DNA of 45,819 nucleotides from assembly GCA_964457935.1 (NCBI GenBank), contig CAYWFC010000001.1, positions 1-45,819 of the forward strand, given 5' to 3'. Below the pieces are notes generated by a model. That model worked only from the letters and a program-made list of their open reading frames with translations. It was not told where the DNA came from and ran no database searches. The DNA comes from an uncultured Lachnospiraceae bacterium (GTDB lineage: Bacteria; Bacillota; Clostridia; Christensenellales; UBA1242). Positions 33,460 to 41,348 of this stretch are shown here, in pieces (the stretch's first letter is position 1; each line of letters begins with the position of its first letter). A program made the translations under genes and the position numbers.

Positions 33460-34092
33460 ATGCAAAAGACAAACTATCAGAAAATGAACGACATCTTGCT
33501 CGCAGTAGACCGCGCTCGCGAGAGTTTTGTTTCGGCGCACCCTGATAGAGAATATCATCTTCCTAGTTTGCTACTGCACAGTTGTTGCGCGCCTTGCAGT
33601 AGTGCGGTGATAGAGCGCCTGCGCCAGCGTTTCGACATCACAGTGTATTATTACAATCCCAATATCCTACCCGCGACCGAGTACTACAAGCGCCGAGACG
33701 AACAGCAGAAGTTTCTGTCTAGCATTGGTGTGCCGTTCGTCGAAGCGGAATATGTGCCGTCTGAATATTTTGACGCTATCGCAGGATACGAGCATTTGGG
33801 CGAGCGTACTGAGCGGTGCAGGCTATGCTATGCCTTGCGCATGAGCAAGGCGCACGCGTATGCCGTCGAAAGGCATTTCGACTATTTCGCCACCACTCTC
33901 ACTCTCAGCCCGCACAAGATAGAGCAGTGGATAAACGAGATAGGCGAGCGCCTAGCCAGCACTGGTCCAGTCAAGTATCTATACAGTGATTTCAAAAAGG
34001 ACAACGGCTATCTCAGGTCTACCGAACTCAGCAAGATATATGGCTTTTATAGGCAAAACTACTGTGGTTGTGGGCTAAGGAGCAGAGAATAA
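33460..34092 (+). CDS. queH: Epoxyqueuosine reductase QueH (DUF208)
   Basis: MQKTNYQKMNDILL.., LLLHSCCAPCSS, YYYNPNI.P..EY..R, RCRLCY and NYCGC match the QueH pattern. The start is moved to ATG 33460; the track begins at TTG 33424. Confidence 0.85.
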   Translation: MQKTNYQKMNDILLAVDRARESFVSAHPDREYHLPSLLLHSCCAPCSSAVIERLRQRFDITVYYYNPNILPATEYYKRRDEQQKFLSSIGVPFVEAEYVPSEYFDAIAGYEHLGERTERCRLCYALRMSKAHAYAVERHFDYFATTLTLSPHKIEQWINEIGERLASTGPVKYLYSDFKKDNGYLRSTELSKIYGFYRQNYCGCGLRSRE

Positions 34093-34167
34093 TACACATT
34101 TGACGTGTCCACACCGTTCATTTATTTATTTTATTAATTATTAAAGGTTATAAATATTATTAGGCGC

Positions 34168-34298
34168 TGTGGAAATGTGGATAAGTGAGATTCTCACGAA
34201 AAATCGCGTTATTTCTCCACACCGTCGGCAAAAAATTTATGTGGATAAATTGTGTCAAGATATACACAATCTGTCCACATTTTTTGTAGTTATCCACA
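34168..34298. promoter_or_regulatory. DnaA-box cluster (candidate oriC element)
   Basis: Perfect boxes are TGTGGATAA at 34176-34184 and 34240-34248, and TTATCCACA at 34290-34298. A one-mismatch box TTCTCCACA lies at 34213-34221. Two-mismatch boxes lie at 34168 and 34271. Both orientations are present. Confidence 0.75.
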
Positions 34299-34312
34299 TT
34301 GTGTCGATTTGG

Positions 34313-34341
34313 TTGTAAAATTTCGGCGCTTGGTGTATAAT
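34313..34341 (+). promoter_or_regulatory. Promoter of the phosphosugar mutase gene (leaderless candidate)
   Basis: TTGTAA, a 17-nt spacer, then TATAAT. The ATG at 34348 lies 6 nt after the -10, and there is no SD. Confidence 0.6.
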
Positions 34342-34347
34342 ACTGGT

Positions 34348-35946
34348 ATGAAATACTTAGAGACATATACACATTGGGTGGAAAACATCACCGACGAGAA
34401 CGAAATCACTGCATTGCGAGGTATGACTGACGCCAGCCGACAGGAGATGTTCGCTGGGCTGATTAATTTCGGTACTGCCGGACTGCGTGGTAAACTCAGC
34501 CTAGGCACGAACGCTATGAATAGATACACTGTGGCACTGGCGTCTACTGCTCTGGCAGAGTACATGGGGCAAGAAGGTTTGACCAGCATAGTGATAGGCT
34601 ATGACAACAGGCTATACAGCAGTGAGTTTGCGGTGCTGGCAGGAGACATCCTGCGTGCAAACGGTGTGACTGTATACACATTCGACACTTGCCAACCTAC
34701 GCCGTATGTATCGTATTGCGTGCGCAAACTGCGTGCCGACATGGGCATAATGATCACCGCTAGTCACAATCCGAAAGAATACAACGGGTACAAAGTATTT
34801 GACCACCGAGGCTGTCAGATAGGCAGTGCGGTGGCTACTCGCATAGCAGATGAGATGTCTAGGCGTGACCCTTTGGAGTGTGTGGCAGTATCTGAGCCGA
34901 GAGCAGAGCGAATAGTGCTAGGCGACGATGTGGTGGATGAATTTTTGACCGATATGTCTACAGTGAGTAGAGCGGGCAAGAGTGCTGATGTGACTATCAT
35001 ATACTCGCCGTTGTGTGGGACGGGGCATTATCTGGTGCCAGAGATATTGCGACGCCATGGCTACACAGACATACACTGTGTGCCGTCGCAGATAGAGGTC
35101 AGTCCGTTGTTTGAGACTTGTCCTAAGCCTAATCCCGAACTACCCGAAGCGTACGAGCAGGCTTTGGCGCTATCGCGTGATGTGAATGCGGATATATTGC
35201 TACTGACAGACCCTGACTGCGACCGCATAGGATGTATGGTGCGCACTGACGGCGGATATGTGTTCGTGAATGGCAATGCGCTGGGGCAGATATTCTTGCG
35301 GTACATTTTGTCACGCGACACCGACGGCTTCGTGGTGACTAGTGTGGTGACATCGCCTATGGCTAAGCGCATTTGTGCCAAGTATGGTGTGCCATGTCTC
35401 GACAGCCTGACTGGCTTCAAAAACATCGCCGACAGAGTGGATGAAGCGCTAAGCAGAGGCAACATGCTATTCGCGTACGAAGAGAGCCATGGGTACATGC
35501 CGACTACATTCACTCGAGACAAGGACGGCGTGAGTGCCAGTCTACTCCTGATAGAGATATGCAGTGTGCTAAAGGCGCAAGGCAAGACCATAATAGACTA
35601 TCTAGACGAGATACGCGGTAGCGACTACATGTACGATTACAGCCACAGTGTGATGTATGAAGGGGCTGGCAGTATGGAGCGTATGCGTGCTGTGATAGGG
35701 GGGCTTCGAGGCAATCCACCTACTATTATCGCTGGCAAGGCGGTAGTGGGGGTGACAGATTATCTGCGCGATGACACTGGGCTGGAGAAGAGTGACTTTA
35801 TGCGATTTTCTCTAGCGGGCAGGGCGAGCATAATAGTGCGACCTAGCGGGACAGAGCCTAAACTGAAATTCTATAGTTTCGCCAGCAGTGTGGCACAGGC
35901 AAAAGCCCAAGTGGATGATATGATACAAATATTGGATAAACAATAA
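34348..35946 (+). CDS. Phosphoglucomutase/phosphomannomutase-family phosphosugar mutase
   Basis: Motifs are the active-site loop GIMITASHNPKEYNGYK, the metal loop LLTDPDCDRIG, the sugar loop YEESHGY and the phosphate loop VRPSGTEPKLKFY. The start is set at ATG 34348. Confidence 0.9.
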   Translation: MKYLETYTHWVENITDENEITALRGMTDASRQEMFAGLINFGTAGLRGKLSLGTNAMNRYTVALASTALAEYMGQEGLTSIVIGYDNRLYSSEFAVLAGDILRANGVTVYTFDTCQPTPYVSYCVRKLRADMGIMITASHNPKEYNGYKVFDHRGCQIGSAVATRIADEMSRRDPLECVAVSEPRAERIVLGDDVVDEFLTDMSTVSRAGKSADVTIIYSPLCGTGHYLVPEILRRHGYTDIHCVPSQIEVSPLFETCPKPNPELPEAYEQALALSRDVNADILLLTDPDCDRIGCMVRTDGGYVFVNGNALGQIFLRYILSRDTDGFVVTSVVTSPMAKRICAKYGVPCLDSLTGFKNIADRVDEALSRGNMLFAYEESHGYMPTTFTRDKDGVSASLLLIEICSVLKAQGKTIIDYLDEIRGSDYMYDYSHSVMYEGAGSMERMRAVIGGLRGNPPTIIAGKAVVGVTDYLRDDTGLEKSDFMRFSLAGRASIIVRPSGTEPKLKFYSFASSVAQAKAQVDDMIQILDKQ

Positions 35947-35962
35947 CATTTGCGTACAAAGA

Positions 35963-35991
35963 TTGACTTAACAGTCATTTTGTGATACAAT
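35963..35991 (+). promoter_or_regulatory. Promoter of dnaA
   Basis: TTGACT, a 17-nt spacer, then TGaTACAAT (extended -10). AGGAG..GAGGAAAAG and ATG 36013 follow. Confidence 0.65.
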
Positions 35992-36012
35992 ATAGGAGTA
36001 AGAGGAAAAGAA

Positions 36013-37374
36013 ATGAATTTGCACGAAGAATGGAAGAAAGTATTGGATATATTGCAGAACGAAGTGACGGCGGTCACTTTTGACCTATGGATAGATACAC
36101 TAGAGCCTATATCCTACGCCAATGACGAGCTGAGGCTGATGGCGTCTAGCCAGACGGCGAAAAATCAGGTGAACAATAGGAGCCTGTACCCTAAGATACA
36201 AGACGCAGTCAAAGAAGTATTCAACACATACACCACTGTCAAGATAGTGGACCAGCAGGAGCACGAAGAAGAACTCGAACGCGCCAAGATACTGGTCGAG
36301 AGCCAAAAGGCAGAAGAAGAGAACAAACAGAAATTCGACCCGAAATTCACTTTTGACAATTTCGTGGTAGGTAAGTCTAATCAATTCGTGTATGCAGCGG
36401 TGCGCAGTGTGGCTGAGAACCCTAGCTCGAAATTCAATCCGCTATTCATATACGGCGGTGTGGGACTGGGCAAGACACACTTAATGCAGGCGGCGGGGAA
36501 TTATCTCGCGCAGACTAGACCAGAACTAAACGTGCTGTATGTGACGTGTGAGAAGTTTATGAACGACTACGTGGACGCAGTGCGCTCGGGCAAAGAAAAA
36601 AACGGCGCCGAGAATGGCAACTTTAGCTTCAGAGAGAAGTACAGAAACACTGACGTGCTCATGGTGGACGATATACAGTTTATATCAAACAAAATGGGCT
36701 TGCAGGAAGAGTTTTTCCATACATTCAATGACCTGTACCAAAATCACAAACAAATATTGATAGCGAGCGATAGACCGCCAAAAGAAATCGCTACACTCGA
36801 AGAGCGTCTGCGCAGTAGATTTAGTAGCGGACTGATCCAAGACATACAGACCCCAGACTTCGAGACTAGAGTGGCGATATTGCGCAAAAAGGCTGGACAA
36901 GAAGGCTATCTCGTAGAGGACGAGGTCATAGACTACATAGCATCAAAATCTCATACCAATATTCGTGAAATGGGACAAGTGCTGAACAAAGTGGTGTTTT
37001 ATGCATCACTCATAGGCAAGAACAAAGCCACCATGGACGAAGTGTACGAGGCGCTAAAGGATACCGAAGAAGAAAACCAAGAGAGCGTGGACGTGGATAA
37101 GATAATAGACGCTGTGTGCGATTTCTTCAAGGTCAGTCGTGACGACCTAGTGGGCAAGAAAAAGAGCAAAGACATAGTCGAGCCACGCCAAGTGTGCATA
37201 TACCTGATCAACGAAATGCTGACATTGCCACTCAAGGCCATAGGCGCCATATTCGGCGGACGCGACCACACCACAGTGATGCATGCGAGAGACAAAATCA
37301 CCACCGGGGTAAAAAATAACCCACACATCAGGACACTGGTAAATGATGTGAAATCTAAAATATTGAATAATTAA
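36013..37374 (+). CDS. dnaA: Chromosomal replication initiator protein DnaA
   Basis: Length is 453 aa. It has an N-terminal domain I, an acidic linker and AAA+ motifs (GGVGLGKTHL, LMVDDIQF). The C-terminal DNA-binding domain reads ..IGAIFGGRDHTTVMHA. Confidence 0.97.
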   Translation: MNLHEEWKKVLDILQNEVTAVTFDLWIDTLEPISYANDELRLMASSQTAKNQVNNRSLYPKIQDAVKEVFNTYTTVKIVDQQEHEEELERAKILVESQKAEEENKQKFDPKFTFDNFVVGKSNQFVYAAVRSVAENPSSKFNPLFIYGGVGLGKTHLMQAAGNYLAQTRPELNVLYVTCEKFMNDYVDAVRSGKEKNGAENGNFSFREKYRNTDVLMVDDIQFISNKMGLQEEFFHTFNDLYQNHKQILIASDRPPKEIATLEERLRSRFSSGLIQDIQTPDFETRVAILRKKAGQEGYLVEDEVIDYIASKSHTNIREMGQVLNKVVFYASLIGKNKATMDEVYEALKDTEEENQESVDVDKIIDAVCDFFKVSRDDLVGKKKSKDIVEPRQVCIYLINEMLTLPLKAIGAIFGGRDHTTVMHARDKITTGVKNNPHIRTLVNDVKSKILNN

Positions 37375-37625
37375 AATAAATATCAAAAAAATAAAATAAT
37401 TAAAATAAAAAACGAAAATAAAATAAAAAATAAATAAAAATAATAAATCGGAAAATAAATAAAAAATAAATCGGAAAATAAATAAAAAATAAATCAAAAA
37501 AATAAATAAAAATAAAAAAAACGACAAAAAATAATTAAATAAAATATTTATCGCCCATATCTCAGCATAAAGCGAAGAATAAATAATAAATAAAAAATAA
37601 ATAAAATAAAAAAGCACATTTATCA
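37375..37625. repeat. Extremely A-rich (plus strand) low-complexity/tandem-repeat tract downstream of dnaA
   Basis: About 250 nt are almost free of G/C. The tract includes ATAAATCGGAAAATAAATAAAAA x2 plus a degenerate third copy. AATAATTAAAATAAA also echoes the dnaA stop region (TTGAATAATTAAAATAAA). Confidence 0.8.
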
Positions 37626-37668
37626 CTAAAATACCCAGCGAATAAAATGTGCTTTTATTTTATATGAA

Positions 37669-37911
37669 TTATTCATAAACTTCATCAATATTATTGAAAT
37701 AGTCTCTATCGAAAAATTGCGACAAGGTGATATTGGCACTAGCACACAATTTTTTGATAGTGAATACAGTAGGGCATTTGCTCTTGCCTGACATAAAATC
37801 AAAAACTGTCGATGGCGTGAGATTGGCATTGAGACACAATGCTGTCAATGTGGTGCCACATGCACTAACTAATTCACGTATGCGTAGTCTTAATGCTTCA
37901 TCTAAATTCAT
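37669..37911 (-). CDS. XRE-family HTH transcriptional regulator (80 aa)
   Basis: The SD is ACGGAG. The pattern LTALCLNANLTPSTVFDFMSGKSKCPTVFTIKKLCASANITLSQFF is shared with the CDS at 6002-6247 (GKSK.P...TI..LC...NITL..FFD). Confidence 0.85.
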   Translation of the reverse strand: MNLDEALRLRIRELVSACGTTLTALCLNANLTPSTVFDFMSGKSKCPTVFTIKKLCASANITLSQFFDRDYFNNIDEVYE

Positions 37912-37954
37912 ACTTACTCCGTTATTTGTTCAACAATAAAGTTTTGTTCGCAAA

Positions 37955-38254
37955 TTAATTTTTGATAAACTCTATGATATTTTTCTTTTTGTCGGCAGGC
38001 AGGGCGTCGAGCAGTGCGCGTAACTCTGCGTCTACGTAGTAGTGAGACATATCTGCGCTAAAAAATCTCTCGATGGGAAAATCACAAACCTCGAGTATCT
38101 TCAATAATTTCTCCACTGTCAATACTATGCGCCCACTCTCTACTTGTGCGACGTATTGTGGGCTCATACCTATGCGTAGGCTTACTTCTCTGGCAGATAG
38201 TTTGGCTTGGTTGCGCACGTAACCTATGCGCGATAATATTTCGGCAATATCCAT
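37955..38254 (-). CDS. XRE-family HTH transcriptional regulator (99 aa)
   Basis: The start is set at MDIAEIL, after AAGGAG. LSAREVSLRIGMSPQYVAQVESGRIVLTVEKLLKILEV is a classic HTH_3 pattern. Confidence 0.85.
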   Translation of the reverse strand: MDIAEILSRIGYVRNQAKLSAREVSLRIGMSPQYVAQVESGRIVLTVEKLLKILEVCDFPIERFFSADMSHYYVDAELRALLDALPADKKKNIIEFIKN

Positions 38255-38311
38255 ATTCACTCCTTATATATCGAGTATAAATTAAATTAATACTGGCGTT
38301 AGAACGTCACA

Positions 38312-38373
38312 CACATAAAATTGTGAACAATTTGACACTTTTGAATACACAAACACATAAAATGTGTTATAAT
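38312..38373 (+). promoter_or_regulatory. Extended -10 promoter with two CACAT..ATGTG operator-like inverted repeats
   Basis: TGtTATAAT lies at 38365-38373. A perfect inverted repeat CACAT-aaa-ATGTG at 38354-38366 overlaps it. An imperfect copy CACATAAAATTGTG lies at 38312-38325. Confidence 0.45.
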
Positions 38374-38419
38374 GAATAGTGAGAGTATTCAAAATGGGTA
38401 CAAAAGGAGAGTTTTGGGA

Positions 38420-38890
38420 GTGGATACACATAAATCGTGTGCAGTATTTGGGCATAGTGAAATAATTGAAACCGTTAGTTTGAGAGAAGAAACGAAAAGG
38501 ACGTTGGAGGACTTGGTTAAACAGGGATATTGCTACTTTTATTTCGGTGGATTTAGTATGTTTGATGAAATGTGTCGTGAGATAGTTGGCGAGTTGAGAG
38601 TGCAATATCCACAGGTCATGCGAATATACTGTGCTCCAGACAGAAGATATCTCAGGATAAACAAACGACCATCGTGGCTAAAGAAAGAAGATTACGAAGA
38701 AATAATTTACATAGAGTTGGAGTTTGATTGGTGGTACAATAGGCTATATTATAGAAATTGCGCCATGGTAGACAGAAGTGATGTGGTATTAATTTATGTC
38801 GAAGAACGCGAGAATTCAGGTGCTTATAAAATATACAAATATGCATTGCGAAAGAAAAAGAAAATTATCAATATGTTTGACCAAAAATAA
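38420..38890 (+). CDS. YpsA/DUF1273-like SLOG-family protein
   Basis: The start is proposed at GTG 38420, 9 nt after AAAGGAGA; the track's ATG 38372 lies inside the -10 box. KSCAVFGHSE, YFYFGGFSMFDEMC and DRSDVVLIYVEERENSGAYKIYKYA parallel B. subtilis YpsA (..GQLGVELW.., DKSDGLLLLYDPEKEGSPKY), recalled from memory. Confidence 0.6.
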   Translation: MDTHKSCAVFGHSEIIETVSLREETKRTLEDLVKQGYCYFYFGGFSMFDEMCREIVGELRVQYPQVMRIYCAPDRRYLRINKRPSWLKKEDYEEIIYIELEFDWWYNRLYYRNCAMVDRSDVVLIYVEERENSGAYKIYKYALRKKKKIINMFDQK

Positions 38891-38948
38891 ATGCAATGAT
38901 TGACACAAAATACTGGAAAAATGTGCGCGAGTGTGGTATAATATATGT

Positions 38949-39875
38949 GTGTTGATCAAGAACCTAGTGAATAGTGACATATACAAAAAAATATCTGCCG
39001 ATGCGGAAGCGCCGTTCCATGCGTATCTTTTTTATGGTGGGGACAGGGCGCTGAATGACAATGTGGCGGAGATTTTTTGCTATGCGGTGATGTGCGACAG
39101 GCACGAGCCATGCTTCGAGTGCGAGGCGTGCAGGCGGATAGCGCTAGGGTCACATCCGGATGTGAAGGTGATAGACAAGCCTGCCATACAGGTGGACGAC
39201 GTAACAGGCATACTTGAAGAATGTGTGCTAAAGCCGATATGTGGCGAGCGCAAGGTGATATTCATCAAGAATGCGGATGTGATAAACGAGCAGAGCCAAA
39301 ACAAACTACTCAAGACGCTAGAAGAGCCACCGCAAAATGTCATATTCGTACTGACGACGGACAATATAGACAAACTACTAGTGACGGTGCAGAGCAGGCT
39401 AAAGAAGATACACTGTGCCATGAATGATTTCAGCGTGATAGAGTCTGACCTACGCGCATTGGGAGTGGCTAATCTAGAAGGGGAAGATTTGACCACCATG
39501 CTAGACCACGCGTCGAATGAGTCCTATGCGCGCATGCGAGGCAAGGTGGAGGGGCTGATATCTGCGCTGACCAGCAGTGCGGTGGTGCCCAAACTATCGT
39601 CTACGCTAGATGTGGCGCAGGGCGAGCGAAAGATGTTTTTTGCCACTATGTATGATTATTATGACCGTATGCTAAAGTACGCGTGCGGGAGTGATGTGCG
39701 AGCGGATGATTTTCTGGCGACGGTGGTGCCTATGTACACAGTCAAGGCGCTGGTGCAGATACTGCCTGTCATACAGCAGGCGTATTACAGAGTGTGCAGG
39801 AATGTGAATTTCGGCTATGTGGTAGACGATATGTTATATGAGATATTAAAAGTGAGGTATATATGCAAGCAATAG
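38949..39875 (+). CDS. holB: DNA polymerase III delta-prime subunit
   Basis: HAYLFYG, the zinc module CFECEACRRI, KLLKTLEEPPQNVIFVLTT and VQSRLKK are present. The start is uncertain: the track ORF begins at GTG 38931, inside a TGgTATAAT box. I chose the in-frame GTG 38949, 6 nt after that box. Confidence 0.85.
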   Translation: MLIKNLVNSDIYKKISADAEAPFHAYLFYGGDRALNDNVAEIFCYAVMCDRHEPCFECEACRRIALGSHPDVKVIDKPAIQVDDVTGILEECVLKPICGERKVIFIKNADVINEQSQNKLLKTLEEPPQNVIFVLTTDNIDKLLVTVQSRLKKIHCAMNDFSVIESDLRALGVANLEGEDLTTMLDHASNESYARMRGKVEGLISALTSSAVVPKLSSTLDVAQGERKMFFATMYDYYDRMLKYACGSDVRADDFLATVVPMYTVKALVQILPVIQQAYYRVCRNVNFGYVVDDMLYEILKVRYICKQ

Positions 39876-40696
39876 GAGTGGTGTTTGGCACTAATCCAAA
39901 AGTGTATTATTATGAAGTGAGTGACGAGCACATACAGCCACATGACGCGGTAGTGGTGACCACTGCGCGCGGGGTGGAACTGGCTACTGTGGTGCAAGGC
40001 GCGACAGACAAAAAGGACAAAGAGATAGAAAAGGGCGAGATACTTCGCCTAGCGACTGCGCAGGACATACTGGACTATCAGGCGAACATTGACAGCGCGA
40101 AGGCTCTGATACCCGAGATAAAAGAAGTGGTGCGCCAGCAACGTTTAGACATGAAGATATGCGGCGTGGAGTACACGCTGGACAAGAGCAAGATAATCAT
40201 CACATACACCGCTGAGGACAGGGTGGACTTTAGAGAACTACTAAAAGTGCTAGGTGCGAAGTACAAGGCGCGCATAGAGATGCGCCAAGTAGGCAATCGC
40301 GACGAGGTGCAATACGTAGGTGCCATGGGTATATGTGGCAGAGAGTGTTGTTGCAAGGGCTTTTTGGGTGACTTTGACAAGGTGTCTATCAAAATGGCGA
40401 AAAACCAAGGCATAGCGCTCAATCCGTCCAAGATAAACGGCGCGTGTGGGCGACTGCTGTGCTGTCTGAAGTACGAGGACGAGGCGTACAAAGAGATTTT
40501 GGCGCGCATGCCCAAGGTGAACAGCATGGTGATTACTCCTGACGGCAAGGGCAAGGTGGTGTACAATGATATTTTGCGCGAGAAGGTGACTGTGTCGTTC
40601 GAGCGCGGTGAGGATGTGGAGCGGACTGAGTACGCTCTGGCAGACATTAAGTTTACCAGAGTGACTGTCGCGCCTAGCAGTGATGACGATGAATAA
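39863..40696 (+). CDS. yaaT: PSP1-domain protein YaaT/RicT
   Basis: The gene sits after holB. VVFGTNPKVYYYEV.., the PSP1 C-rich motif GRECCCKGFLGDFD and CGRLLCCLKYE are present. The SD is GAGGT. It overlaps the holB end by 13 nt. Confidence 0.9.
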   Translation: MQAIGVVFGTNPKVYYYEVSDEHIQPHDAVVVTTARGVELATVVQGATDKKDKEIEKGEILRLATAQDILDYQANIDSAKALIPEIKEVVRQQRLDMKICGVEYTLDKSKIIITYTAEDRVDFRELLKVLGAKYKARIEMRQVGNRDEVQYVGAMGICGRECCCKGFLGDFDKVSIKMAKNQGIALNPSKINGACGRLLCCLKYEDEAYKEILARMPKVNSMVITPDGKGKVVYNDILREKVTVSFERGEDVERTEYALADIKFTRVTVAPSSDDDE

Positions 40697-41339
40697 ACTA
40701 GAGCATTTCGACAACGGGGTGGTGGTGTGCCAAGACGACGACGGGTACAAATTCACTGCCGACTCTATCAGTCTAGCCAAATTCGCCAATATCAAGCACA
40801 CCGACCATGTGTGCGAGTTTTGTGCTGGGAGTGGGGTCATCAGTCTGTATGCGTACAGCCTGTGCGCGTTTGACAGGTTGTATTTCGTGGAGATACAGGA
40901 CGATATGTGCGACCTTATCCGCCAAAACATCGCATTGAGCGGACTGGGCGAGCGTGCGACTGTGCTACACAAGGATGTGAAAGACGTGTGCGACAGCGAC
41001 TTTGACAAAAAGGTGGATGTGGTGCTGTGCAATCCGCCATACCAGAAAGTGACTGGTGCTAAGATAAACGATGACTACCGCGTGGCTATCTGCAGGCACG
41101 AATTGCTGTGCACATTTAGTGATTTGGCGCGCAAGGCGAGCGAAGTACTGAAGTACAAGGGGAGATTTTATTACATGCTACCTGCAGAGCGTCTAGCAGA
41201 GAGTATGGCTGAGTGCGTACGTTGGGGACTGGAGCCGAAGCGCGTATGCGCGATATACAATAACAAACCTACTGCGTATCTGGTGCTGGTAGAGGCGGTG
41301 CTGGGTGCGAAGAGCGGGATGATTTTGACTAAAATATAG
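40683..41339 (+). CDS. SAM-dependent N6-adenine methyltransferase, YabB/TrmN6-like (tRNA m6A37 type)
   Basis: EFCAGSGVISL is the SAM motif I, and VLCNPPYQK is the NPPY catalytic motif. Its position between yaaT and rsmI matches Bacillus. The start is ambiguous (GTG 40680, ATG 40683 or ATG 40689). Confidence 0.85.
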   Translation: MTMNKLEHFDNGVVVCQDDDGYKFTADSISLAKFANIKHTDHVCEFCAGSGVISLYAYSLCAFDRLYFVEIQDDMCDLIRQNIALSGLGERATVLHKDVKDVCDSDFDKKVDVVLCNPPYQKVTGAKINDDYRVAICRHELLCTFSDLARKASEVLKYKGRFYYMLPAERLAESMAECVRWGLEPKRVCAIYNNKPTAYLVLVEAVLGAKSGMILTKI

Positions 41340-41348
41340 AGGAGATTT

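Noticed and set aside
37147-37626. 159-aa minus-strand ORF overlapping the dnaA 3' end
   Set aside because: It is a translation of the A-rich repeat tract (poly F/I/L/Y) and is antisense to dnaA. It is not a plausible protein.
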